This document shows positions 1-11,863 of a stretch of 64,000 nucleotides of DNA, one piece after another (position 1 is the stretch's first letter; every line of letters starts with the position of its first letter). Source of the stretch: Lytechinus pictus (Eukaryota). The position numbers were made by a program, and so were the translations under genes. The stretch covers positions 9,922,001 to 9,986,000 of the forward strand of contig NC_087251.1 of NCBI RefSeq assembly GCF_037042905.1. The letters run 5' to 3'. The notes under the pieces are model-generated. The model ran no database searches, was not told the origin of the DNA, and worked only from the letters and a program-made list of their open reading frames with translations.

Positions 1-125
1 TTTTATTTTATTTTATTTTATTTTATTTTATTTTATTTTATTTTATTTTATTTTATTTATTTATTTTATTTTATTTTATTTTATTTTATTTTATTTTGTT
101 TTATTTATTTTATTTTATTTTATTT
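1..125. repeat. (TTTTA)n pentanucleotide microsatellite
   Basis: Directly visible tandem array running off the left window edge. Confidence 0.97.
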
Positions 126-928
126 TTGGGAGGGGGATGCAAAATTAAAAGACAGGAATTTGTTGTCCATCAAAATATAGCAACGTGCGGGGATGAGAGA
201 AATTGATCTAGAGATTATAACATTTGCAGAGAAATTGTCAGCATCGCCCCATAATTTCATAATAATATAGGTTTGTCAGGAGATCTTTGTGTGCTTGTGC
301 GTGTCTGTGTGTATAGGGAGGGGGTTCTAGTATCGACACAAGTGGTATGCATGCAGTCTGAACTGAAAGTTGTTAAGGGGATAGAATAACGATCCAATGA
401 ATTTCAAAGCAAAGTTGAGACATTGTGATTTATCGTTATTACATATGCTCTTTGACTTTTTTATTTTAAGGAAGTTTCTCTTCAGGAATGTTATCTGCAT
501 GTTCGGGAAACAAAAGACTTACAGAAAGATTGTAAACATTGCAATTACCAATCGTAGTGTCAATTTAAAACCATGAATCATTTTTTGAAGTGCGTGTTGA
601 TGGTAATAAATTTAAAACGGATTGCGTGAAACTAATAAAAATATTTGCCTGTTTACTGCAATTTTGGATGATGTATAACCTCCCCCTGAGTCGTATTATG
701 TAAAACAAACAAAAGAAAACAAGATGTGAGTGGATACAGAGATACCCGATTCATCGTGATGCTCCGTTCTGCGTATATAGGCTCTGCAGAAAGATCTCCA
801 TATTATTCCGGCGGAGAGGGAGGGGGATGGGGGCTTTAAGTGTTTAGATGGGCGTGGATATTAGTAATGATAATGACCTATAACTATTCATACATGATTT
901 TTAAACTCAAATAGTCACTTAATTTTAA

Positions 929-1838
929 TTTGTCTCGCCTGCATAGCAGAGCTAGACTAAAGGCGCCGCTTTTCCGACGGCGGCGGCGTCGTCAACATTG
1001 AAATCTTAACCAAGGTTGATTTTTTGAAATGTCATCATAACTTAAAGTATATGGACCTAGTTCATGAAACTTGGACATAGGGTGATAAAGTATTACTGAA
1101 TATCCTGCTTGAGTTTTAGGTCACATGGCCAAGATCAAAGGTCATTTAGGGTCAACGAACTTAGACCATGTTGGGGGAATCAATATTGAAATCTTAACTA
1201 AGGTTAAGTTTTTGAAATGTCGTCATAACTTAGAAAGTATATGGACCTAGTTCATGAAACTTAGACATAAGGGTAATATGTATAACTAAAGATCCTGCTT
1301 CAGTTTCAGGTCGCATGACCCAGGTCAAATGTCACTTAGGGTCAACGAACTTTGACCATGTTGGGGTTTTTGTGGAATTGTCATCTTAACTTTAAAAGTT
1401 GGTGGATCTAGTTCATGAAACTTGGACATAAGAGTAATCATGTATCCTTGAATATCCCGTGTGCGTTTTAGGTCACAATGACGGCCAAGATCAAAGGTCA
1501 TTTAGGGTCAATGAACTTAGACCATGTTGGGGGAATCAATATTGAAATATTAACCAAGGTTAAATGTAGTTCATGAAACCAAGTAGTAGGTCCATGATGA
1601 AACATAGACGTAAGCATGGCAAGGATAATCAAGTACGGTTTGCACACATCTTGGGTCACATGATTATTGTCAAAGGTCATGTTCATTGTTGGATCAATGG
1701 ACATGCATGTTATTTTATTATCATTTGAGTGTTTTCTTTTGTGAATAATTATTCAATATATAGCTGTTTTCAAAGTCAGCACTGTTACTATATTTAATCG
1801 CGTAACGCAGGCGAGACTGTCAGAGGATTTCCACTTGT
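929..1838 (+). mobile_element. Non-autonomous Helentron/DINE-1-like element (HINE), copy 1
   Basis: T-run, subterminal IR GTCTCGCCTGC (932-942) / GCAGGCGAGAC (1807-1817), (GGC)n microsatellite, internal ~160-190 bp tandem repeats, 3' end CCACTTGT. Homologous to 32291-33250. Confidence 0.8.
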
Positions 1839-2245
1839 ATTATAATAGACTAGATGATGATGATGATGATGATGGACAGAGCAATGCAACCCCTTTCTCA
1901 GTTCTCGTTTTAATTTTTAGTGTAACTTTATGTTCTTCAAGACATTATTTAGGTATATATAGCCTATAACAAATTCTAACATATTCGACTTTGCGCGATG
2001 CATAATTATCCAAGCATGCAATCATACATATCCATCGCGAAGTCTTTTATGCTATTGAAGGCCTATGTTGTAATCTCAAAATTATCTTTATTGAAGTTAT
2101 TTGCTCCTGTATACTGTATCTTCCTTTTTTCTCAAAAATTCCCTCCTAAAAAATTAAGGTAATATATAACAATGCGTACAATTTTTTATTGCATTATACA
2201 ATATATACATTACAACACATTATTGTATACATCAAATCTTATATA

Positions 2246-3229
2246 CAGTGCGTATCAAAAAAAAGTTTACACTTAGAAAAAATCCTGTAAAATTATACAT
2301 TTGTAATATCCTGAAGATTTTTCCACATTTTAACATTGGTACAGATCTATTTAATCAAATGACGATATAACTGTCGAAAAATATTTCCGCTTGAGTGAGC
2401 ACCACTTACTTTTGAAAAGTTAGTGAAAATGTTATGCGCAGAACTTTGAAATAGTTATGCAAATAAAAGTAGACCTTAATCATGAAGAACACGTGAAATT
2501 TAGCTAGTAAAATTGATTTGAAGATCTCTTTAACCTTTTTTAACTTGTTTCCTTTCCCAAAACCCTTCGGAGAGTGCATTGCGCCCCACCCCACTCCCCT
2601 ACACACCGAGGCCATCGTGACGACATTTGCTTTACACTGAGCTGTGAATTACATGAAATAACTTAGGCTTGATTTACATTGTGTTAATCATTTTCAAGCT
2701 TGGGAAAAGAGTGGAAAAACAAGTATTAAATGAAAAATAAAAATGTAAACCCACTTTAAATGATAAAAACTTAGTGAAAAAATGCTGGAGATGTCTGATA
2801 TAAAATTTTGTTCAGATTAAGTTATGTCCTCAGATCCAGCTGGCACAAAAATTGTAAAGGTTGCGCTTACTAAGTGTTGAAATTTCAATTTGGGTGGAAA
2901 ATTGTTACAAAATGGTTGAATGTATCCGTTTTATTTCAATTGACTGAAAGTGCAAGGGAAATGTATGAGAAATGTTTCACAATAAGTTTGATTTCGCCCA
3001 TTCCCCTTGACACAGCGTGAAAACGAGCGTTTCTGCGCAAACAGATTTCTGCGAGCTTTACAAAAATGGACAGTGCTCACTCAAGTGTAACATTCTGTCA
3101 AAACTTTTACTTTCATTTGATAGATGACACCCAAACCCAGGATTATATGTCAAAAAATTACCCACATGTTGTATATTTTTTAATTCCCAGAGCTTTTTCA
3201 AAGTGTAAACTTTTTTTTGATACGCACTG
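2246..3229. mobile_element. Tc1/mariner-type non-autonomous element (984 bp)
   Basis: Perfect 29-bp TIR CAGTGCGTATCAAAAAAAAGTTTACACTT, flanked by TA at 2244-45 and 3230-31. No transposase ORF. Confidence 0.9.
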
Positions 3230-3231
3230 TA

Positions 3232-4330
3232 TAGGGACGTCCGTTCCAACTAAGCTTAATTTGAATAGCAAAGCAGACAAATAAAAACTTTCTTCCAAAT
3301 CAAATGTAAATAATGTATGTAAGAAAGCTTTGACATTTTAAAATTTCACTTATTCTCACGAAATAGTTTGTACAAAACAGTGACATGCAGATATCGAGTC
3401 GATGATAAATAAATACTCGATCATAATTTCTTTCGTATTTAATTGTATGATATAAACTTTTGATTAGATAATAACAAGTTCTTCATTGAGTCGCAATACA
3501 ACAGTGGCAATTACATATTCTAAGTGAGGAATCAAATTATGGTTCACATAATTATTATAGGAGGAAATGAATTATTTCATAATTTCGTAATTTTAAATGC
3601 AAAAGAAGTAGTAAGTGGGTAACGTCATCGGCTCTCATTTCATACCGACGAAGATGTGCATTAAGTTTTGTGAAATGAACCGAAATTGAAATAATGCCAT
3701 AATTTTCTTATATTACTTCCGAGTTTGAATAAGTTTTCGGGGTTATGTTTGTTTGATTTTGGTATTTCAATTCAAATCAGCTTCTTGCTTGGGTAGACGT
3801 GCCTTTTAAATGGCCAAAACCTTGAAAATTTCAACGAAATCGGATGAAATAGTAGCCTTTTAGAATTTCGCTTTATTTAAAGATCATTATGAATATGTCA
3901 GAAATGAACTGGCGACATTTTCTCCCCGTACTATAAGAAACAGGGAAATGAAACATGAAAAATGTAATTTCAAGTATCAAATTTTATCCTTCAAAATTTA
4001 ATTAAAAGAATATAGACGATTGATTTAGTGTGGGATGGTAGGACTACTGCAACTTTTTTTGGTACAAGGGATATGATTTCGTACACACTGTATAAAAATG
4101 AAATTTATATTTAATAAGAAAATCATAAAAGTGTGGACATGGCATCATCAGCTCATTGATTGCTTAAAAATACTATAGACCTGTAGTAAGTCCATAAAAA
4201 TATAAAAGACGTCATGCATACAATAATTCTCACCTAAATGATAATGTCAAACTTACAAATTCAACAATTTGGCTATTTCTATCCGATTTTGATGAAATTT
4301 GCCGTATTTTATGTTTCAAATCATACTATT
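3232..4330. repeat. Two adjacent decayed copies of the TTAAAGG-type palindromic MITE family
   Basis: Motifs shared with 15534-15835 in both orientations (GAAAATTTCAACGAAATCGGATG at ~3825; ATCCGATTTTGATGAAATTT at ~4281; right-end-like GTAGACGTGCCTTTTAA at ~3793-3809). Confidence 0.5.
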
Positions 4331-7300
4331 TTCAGCCTGCAGTAACAAAGATGTGCATAACATTTACAAAGAATTCTAACTTGTATATATTTGCTCACGG
4401 GTCAGATTCAATAATATTTTCGTACTCGGTAGAATAATGCGTCCAGATCACAGGAAAGGGGGATAGAGGAAAGGGAGAAAACATTGAGTACAGTGAAATA
4501 CACAGGATTAAAGATTTATTTGTCATAGTCAATAAAACTAGCGGAATGCAAAATGTACCTGGTTTTACGTCAAAGAATAACTTTCAAAGTTGTTTTCTTT
4601 TACTTTATAACAAATCTCTGACAAACAAGAATTCTTTAAATAGGACGAAAGGAATGTTTTTCGCTTGATTTCATGATGATGACGGGTGTTTGAATGAAAG
4701 AAAACAAGGTGCAGAGAGTAAACACAAGAACTATTTACAAGAAAGACAATATGGTCCCAAATGTACGGTTGCATTTAACACGTGAGTGCTTTTGTGAACA
4801 ATAATTACTATACTCATAAAACAAGTGGCACCATGGAAATGATCCCTATTTGGTTTTATCATGGATCTAATAGCAGATGGGTTTCAATGTATCCAAAGTT
4901 TACTTTATTGATGAAATCTATGAGTAAGTGGGTGTGTGGCATTGAATAAGTGAAAGCAAGATTGGTGAATTGACTTAGGTCTTTATTTTGGAGCTATTTT
5001 CACAGTGAGATCACATCATATTCTTCTCTTTGATTTCGTAAGCTATCAGTATAGTTGAAGGCAGAAGGATATATACAGTCAAAACCATTTTCAGTGCTAT
5101 CTCACTTGTTATTTTCAAACTCATTTCGAAAATTAAGAGTTATATTGTATAAAAGGCTGTAAAGTATACGGCCGTTCTAAATAGTACTATCTTAGATCAT
5201 GATGAATAATTTATTCATTAGAAATACACTCCAAAAATGAAACTGTGTATGGTCGAGGAGGGAGTATTTGCGTTTTTAGAAGACGCTGTCTCCCATTGAC
5301 CCTCTACCCTGAGTAAAGACCTATTTAATATCTGACATAATCAAAAGGGATGTTCATCCTTGCCAAAGGTTGTTGTGAAAATACCAGATAAAAGTAATGT
5401 AAAATGTTGGTGAAGTTTGAGGAAATCAATTAAAGATGAAGAAAGTTCTTAGAATTTAAAGTTTTTGATTTGTGATTTCATATACAAGCAGCCTTTCCAT
5501 GCGTGATGTATTATAAAATGCATAAATTTCAATTCATTAATTTATTGTTCATAATGACTAAAACGCATTTCTTTCACGAGCGGATGTGACATGATTTGTC
5601 TGTTGATATATATATAATAAAGGTACAATAAAAACCTTTTTAATTTTTTTTCGAGAAAATTACATTTTCAGTGGTTTTTTTTTGTTTTTGTTACTACAGA
5701 ATATATGGAGAAGCTGCTCCCATATGACTTCACATATATAAATTCTAATAATTTGTTTAATCTTTGATGGATTTTCCTCAAACCTAATTCACTAACATTT
5801 TGAATTATTATTTTTTTCTGCCCTTTTACAAGAACCAATGTTTATAGTAACTATATTCAGTAACTTCTTGACTTTTATGTTCGTTATAATTTTGTATATA
5901 TAATATGCTCCTGTTTTGGCACATATCCTTTTGGTGACTCTTTCATTTTTTCTTTAAGAAGGAAAAGTTCAGAGATCTGATATTGACTAAAAGGCTCAGA
6001 CATAGATTTGCATATGGCAAACAGTGGTCACCAACCCATGAGAGCAACACCGGGCTCAACCCTGCAAACAAGCAGTGAAATGTTAGTGTTTGGGCACTTC
6101 TATATAAACATGATAAAGAAATGTTGTTCCCTTCCAAAATGGCATCTCCATAAAGGGATTTCTTAGACCATGAACCATCCACATCTTCTTTGTTCAACTG
6201 AGCTATAATTATATCGAATACTGTCGTATGCTTCTTGCATTTAGCTTCGTATTGTTGAAAAAAGTCAGTTTATCTGTAATGTCCGTTATTATAGAATTGT
6301 CCATTATACAGCGCATAAGCAAAAATAATGATATAATTTCAACAACAACAACGGAACTTGATTTCTGAAATACTTCACAAAATATAATAGCAAGTAATTA
6401 TTTTCAGGTCACTCCATTCATTTTATTTTTATAAGTTCAATATACGTTGTTTTAGGATTTGTTATTTTGCACACAGATTCCACGGACTTCAACTTGAGGG
6501 GTCATTTTGATCTGTTGTGCCTCGGTCATAACTCAAAATCATACCTGACAAATTTAAGCTCGGGGGACACAGTATAGGTCATGGGGCAAGGATTATTATG
6601 GACAAACTTGTCTGGCAAAATAACTTTATCTTGACTTGATCATTCAAATAGACGGGTAGTTGTAGGCCTATATGGCCTATAAAGGTTAATGGAATTACGT
6701 TTCTGCCCTTTTCTCTGAATGAATCGAGCTATGCTTTCAGAATTACACAAGGCTACTTTCAAGATTGTTATGAAGAAAGAATATTTATATTATAGCAACC
6801 AATTTTCATGATTTTAATGAACTTGGAACTCATTGTCATGTATACTGGGAGACAACAGTACACAAACAAGGTGATGCTTTTTTTTTTAGTTACATCTCAA
6901 TGCCATTATCCAGATGATTGTTTACCATAATGAGTTTGCCTATATACATACAAGACTGAAGTTTTGACATTTTTGCTGTTGATCTATACCGTATACTTTT
7001 CTATACATTAGTATTGTCGGCATAAACACAATACACGAGTTTTAGTTTGTAAAAGCTTACAACTATAATATAAACAAAATACAATGAACTGAAAAACTAG
7101 CATGACCAACTCGTATTAAACAAATGACATACCCATATCTGTTGTTTTCAAACAGAGTTAGAGCCGAGGATGTGTGAAGTACGAGCTCGACGGTTCTGCA
7201 CATTTCTTATCTGAAGTACATGATTATAATGATAATGATTATATAGGATAGTGAATCCTGATATGCAGATTCTCCATCGCTGCTTGTTAGACAACACCTT

Positions 7301-7470
7301 GTTGCATCCGATTATACAGGGAAAGGGTAACTTGATTCGATGGGATTGGCTGGAAGCTGATCACAGGGGTAAGGAAAGGGGTATTACAATCAAGGGGAGG
7401 GGGAAACTCTCTTCCCTCTATGGCAGACACACCCAAATTCTGTAGACGAGTTTCTGGATGTTGCAGCAAG

Positions 7471-9423
7471 CAGGGGCGTAACAGGGGTCGGTGGCCTCTA
7501 TTCAAGAGCAAAAATATTTCCCGGTCACATTATGGTTTGAAAATTATTGTGCCCGAGCATTAGGGCGAAGCTCAATGCGTGATATAAAAAAGGGGGGCAC
7601 AGCATGGCACGCGTGGCACAAAAAGCTGCTTGATAATAGTCCCGACCAGCGAGAAAAAAAAATCTTTGCATGAGAATGTAACTTTGAGATTGATTTTGAC
7701 ACGACATTCTTTTCTTTTTTTGTTCTTTTTTGTTGTAGAACTTTTGGGGCCAGTGCTATGCGGATCAGGTCTGGGGCAGTGCATGGCGGCACCAGGATTT
7801 TCAAACTATAAGGGGAGGCAAAAGAACATTTTTTTGGGGGGGAGGGGGGGGGGGGCGGGCAACACATAACTTTTTTGCCCACTTCACAAAATCGAGCAAG
7901 AAGCGCGAGTTAATTTTTTAATATAGGTCCTATTGACTTGGAAAGGGGCATTGTATTAAGGACTATCCTGTATATGCATTGGGTCATGAAGATGATATCT
8001 CACCAAATAAATGATGCAAGCGCTATATGCGCGAGCTGAAAAATTTGATATCCTGAGATGATAACTGGACGTTCTAAGCACTTTTTGTAATCATGGACTG
8101 GATGGCTATCTAACTAAACAATTGATGCGAGCGTGTAGCGCGATCTGAAAATTCTTGATTTATGAAAATTATGAATGCGCAGGATGTGTATCTCTTTAAA
8201 ACGAATAATGAAAACTTTAATCGCGAGAAACATGTTGACTTGAACACTGGATTTTTAAGCCCCATGTGAACAGATAATTTAGTTATCCCTGTCAACAGTC
8301 ACTGGGAGCGCGTAGCGCGAACAAAATTTGGAATTTTATATAATGACCTGAAAGATTTATGTTAGTGACTAAAATTGTTAGGAGCTAGCAGTGAATGGAT
8401 TAGAAAATTTCCAAAATTTAAAGAACGAAAATGCTGTTTTGGATTTCTATCCTCTATACGTTTCCCCTTCATTTTCTTGGGGGGGGGACTAACTGGGGGC
8501 ACTGATGTCCCCGTGCCTCCCCCTTTGGTGCCGCCACTGGTCCGGGGCGGAGTCCCCTGAACCTCGCGATATTTTTTTTAAATGCAGAGTGGCCACTTTT
8601 TTAAAATCAAATCGCGGGTATGGCCTATATAGGCTACAACACATAACTTTAACGCAGTTGCGCGGATAATAAACGAAATATTTTGAGGCAGCACAACATA
8701 GCAAATGTGATAAAATTTGTAAAAAGCCGCCATAGAGCGAAGCGCGAGCCAGAAAAATGTGACGTTTTGAAATGATTTTTAAATAACAATAATAATAACA
8801 TTTAGGCCTATATGGCACATTATATACGGGTGTTTGAAAGCGCACAGGTGGGCTGACTAATGTAAACAATGAATAATATTAAAAAAAAAAAAGACTATGC
8901 TAGTGTTGAAAAAGATTCTAATTATATGTGATCATATCTTTGGAAATTGGGCCAAAGTAAGAGGCTTTTTAAGGTAAATCTAGCCAGCCTATAGCTTTAG
9001 GTTAGGACGTTATATAGGGGGATATAATTAGCCCTAGGTAATGGATTTTGTGTGTGTCCTGATTGCGACCATTATTTTTTTCCAGCCATTCTAGCCCATG
9101 CCATTGAGCCTCTTTTCAATTATCCCTCTCTTGCTAATCATGCTAATATATATTTACCTATTTCAGGATATTTTGTAGGCCTACTTTCCCACATGTTCTT
9201 TCCGTTCCTTTTTCCACTTTCCTTCCGCTTTCTCTATTTATGTCCTTTCTTTCTCTCATTCTCCTTTCTCCAGGACAGCGTGTACGCTTTCCGGGAGAGT
9301 ACTTCTTCAAGGTTCAAAGTCCTTTGTCTCTTTTTCCCGTTTTTGTTTTGTTTTATTTTCCCGGTTAAATCCGCCAGCTAGGGGGTGGGGGCAGCTTGCA
9401 TGCCCCCGCCTGTTACGCCACTG
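7471..9423. mobile_element. Outer hAT-like non-autonomous element hosting 7777-8539
   Basis: Ends CAGGGGCGTAACAGG / CCTGTTACGCCACTG (14/15 inverted match), GC-rich subterminal tracts and GCGCGAGC-type motifs. No matching TSD seen, so the ends could belong to different copies. Confidence 0.5.
7777..8539. mobile_element. hAT-type MITE nested within another repeat
   Basis: Ends CAGTGCATGGCGGCACCA / TGGTGCCGCCACTG. 8-bp flanks GTCTGGGG (7769-76) and GTCCGGGG (8540-47), 7/8 identical, consistent with a TSD. Confidence 0.75.
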
Positions 9424-9559
9424 ATCACCCCCACCCACACACACGCACCCTCACATACACACAAGTTATGCTCAGCCCTCCGATCCGACCCTGAGCTGAG
9501 CTGAAGATTTGGTCCAGTATTTTCCCATTTGGGGATTTTTAGTTGTTGTTGGTTAATAT

Positions 9560-9850
9560 AGCCCAATTCGGGCCAATCTTAAAATAATGTAGGCATACGG
9601 TACCGGTACCGTACTCCCGTATTGCCTTCCTGTCTATTTTCTAACGTTAAATCTGACCACTATCATTTTGCACTTTGAAGGGTGCCAGTTCTTGCTCGAC
9701 TCTAATTCTCGAACTTGATCTGATGTCTGGGTTAGATCTCGACACTTTGGTTGGTGTGAACGATATTTCAAAGGGGACTCTCTTATATGTTGTTGACGAG
9801 TCAAGATTTTGTGGAATAATTCACTAGTTGGTGCTTTGGTGAGTAGATCA
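9560..9850 (+). promoter_or_regulatory. Probable promoter and non-coding first exon of the RhoGEF gene
   Basis: Non-repetitive CpG-retaining segment (CGGTACCGGTACCGTA near 9598-9613; CTTCC ETS-like core near 9627) and a donor TTG|GTGAGT at 9839. CpG becomes scarce downstream of ~10.5 kb. Inferred; no transcript data. Confidence 0.35.
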
Positions 9851-10371
9851 ATCAAGTGAACGTAGGTCTGCAATCTCATCTGGGTTGGTTTGACTAGACC
9901 TGCACGATATTTTCATACACGGACGACCGGAAGAGTTCCTTTCAATGCGACAGCCACACATTATTGTAAATATAGGGTTATCATTACTACTTTTAGGATG
10001 GGGGGTCGGGTGTCCGGACACTTTATATTTTTGAAGCCTTCTTTTTTGTCTTTGGATTACACTAAAAATATGAATTCAATAGTTGTAATCATCTTCTATT
10101 TTGTTCTCTATAATATTTCCTAACATTTTTTACTAAACATTTATGAAACTTCGCTTGTAAATTTTTCCAAATGACTTTCTAAAGCTGATCGTCCGGACAC
10201 ACAACCTGTCCGGACACACAACAACTGGGTATATAATAAGAGAAGGTCAGGGTTTTGGGGTGGCTGTCGCAAAAGGAACTCTTTCCAGATTTTGTCTTTA
10301 TAAATGTACAAGGCCCATGGAGGATTTCATTGACTATACCTGCATAGACTCGGAGCAAATTTTGTCAATCA

Positions 10372-10445
10372 TTCATCCTTCTCCTTAGTTCGGTATCTTC
10401 CAAGCTAGACTGCTATGAAGATACCTAACTAACGAGAAGGATGAA
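10372..10445. other. Compact stem-loop (34-bp stem, 6-nt loop)
   Basis: TTCATCCTTCTCCTTAGTTCGGTATCTTCCAAGC-tagact-GCTATGAAGATACCTAACTAACGAGAAGGATGAA, 30/34 positions complementary. Confidence 0.85.
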
Positions 10446-10501
10446 GGACTTGAACTGGAAGCACGACTGCTGGGATCATCAGCATTCTTCCAGAATCTTG
10501 G
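10441..10501 (+). CDS. Putative upstream-most first coding exon (MKDLNWKHDCWDHQHSSRIL)
   Basis: ATG 10441, 20 open codons, then G|GTAAAG G|GTAAAG G|GTAAAA: three tandem donors (10502, 10508, 10514), all phase 1. Possible acceptor ctctttccAG at 10287-88. Confidence 0.35.
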
Positions 10502-11483
10502 GTAAAGGTAAAGGTAAAATTGCTTCATGAAAAAAAAAACATTACCAAAACTTGATTAGAATTAGATTTAGATAAAGGTAAGACTAAGAGCTCTGGGTAA
10601 GAAATCAAGTTTGGCCCTTTAGTTTTATATGACATAGCGTACCAATCAATTAGGTGCATGTGATAGCATAGACAGAATTCATTACTAATTTGACGACATT
10701 GGTCTACTATCGCCATGTAGAAGTAATTAAGGGGAGCCCCATTGTGTACTGTGCATGTTCATACTTTGTAGAGCAACCAATGATGCAGTGCATGTCTGAA
10801 GCTATTGGTCAATTATCAAATGCAAGAGATATGACAAGTTTGAAGTTGTTGTCACTATCAATATTGTCCTTCAGCTTGTGAAAAGACAACAATGTCACTA
10901 CAGGTATAGGCCTACATACATGTATATCTCCAACTTAGTTTTTATTGTGATGTTAAATGGGCTCCAGATAGATTTACACAGTTTGGCATAAAGTTGTTCG
11001 TAAGTTTGCTTGACTTTATGAATGATGGGAAACCACGGTTCTTGGGTGCCAATGTGCCATTACCAGATCAGATTTTCAGTCATTTCGGGGGTCATTTCCA
11101 TCATATCAGGTTGGTCTATCCAAATTCTTGTTAATAGCAATGGCTCATTTAAATGCAAAGTTAAACATTTGTCCAAATTTGATAAGAGTAAAGTCACCTA
11201 TAGCATTCTGTGATGTATTAGGGTATCAAAATATTGAGCATAAGAATCAAGGATCACCAGTTATGGACAGCAGCTGTATGAAATAGGTCATTTCTCAAAG
11301 CATATGATAAAATTTTTAATTTTAAGGTTTGAATACCAGTCTCAGTCTACACCTCTAATTCATGAAATATTAAGAATAATCTAATATTGAAAAATATTTC
11401 GAATATTGAAAAAAATCATGCTAGACTCTTGTTTATCTAATAATGAAGAGGTTGATGTAATACAGATATTCTATTGAGGCATA

Positions 11484-11863
11484 TACCCCTTTCATAAACC
11501 CAATTATGCGGCTAATAGCAGCATAATTTGGTCGTAAAATCGGAGGAGGACCAGAGTTATCCGCATTATTTTGATGCTGCAATTATCCGCATAATAGCAG
11601 CATCGGGACAAGATTTTGAGTTTATGAACGTATTTCCAAATAATGCGGATAATTGCCATGGTGCGGTCACAAGGTCACCCTTTTCCAACACAACCGCATC
11701 GGAGGGGGCGTGTCCAGTTGTCATGACGATTATCCGCCTTTTTCAGGACGGGCGCTCGTAAAAATAATGCGGATAATTTTCGGAGTTTGTGAACGCAATT
11801 TTTATTGAATTATCCGCATTACTATTAGGCGGCTAATTGGAGGATAGGTTTATGAAAGGGGTA
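11484..11863. mobile_element. MITE (380 bp), Harbinger- or mariner-type
   Basis: Perfect 17-bp TIR TACCCCTTTCATAAACC / GGTTTATGAAAGGGGTA, flanked by ATA on both sides (or TA, if the element starts at CCCC). CpG-rich interior with repeated ATTATCCGCA/TGCGGATAAT motifs. Confidence 0.88.

Noticed and set aside
1000..1570. Regularly spaced repeats resembling a CRISPR array (also 32373-33175)
   Set aside because: The units are homologous along their full 160-190 bp with no unique spacers, there are no cas genes, and the context is eukaryotic.
5943..6197. 84-aa minus-strand ORF as a gene or retroelement fragment
   Set aside because: Non-ATG start, no recognisable motif and no consistent splice partners.
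7251..9566. Cluster of 60-126 aa ORFs
   Set aside because: They lie mostly in non-autonomous repeats and low-complexity tracts, with no transposase or RT motifs.
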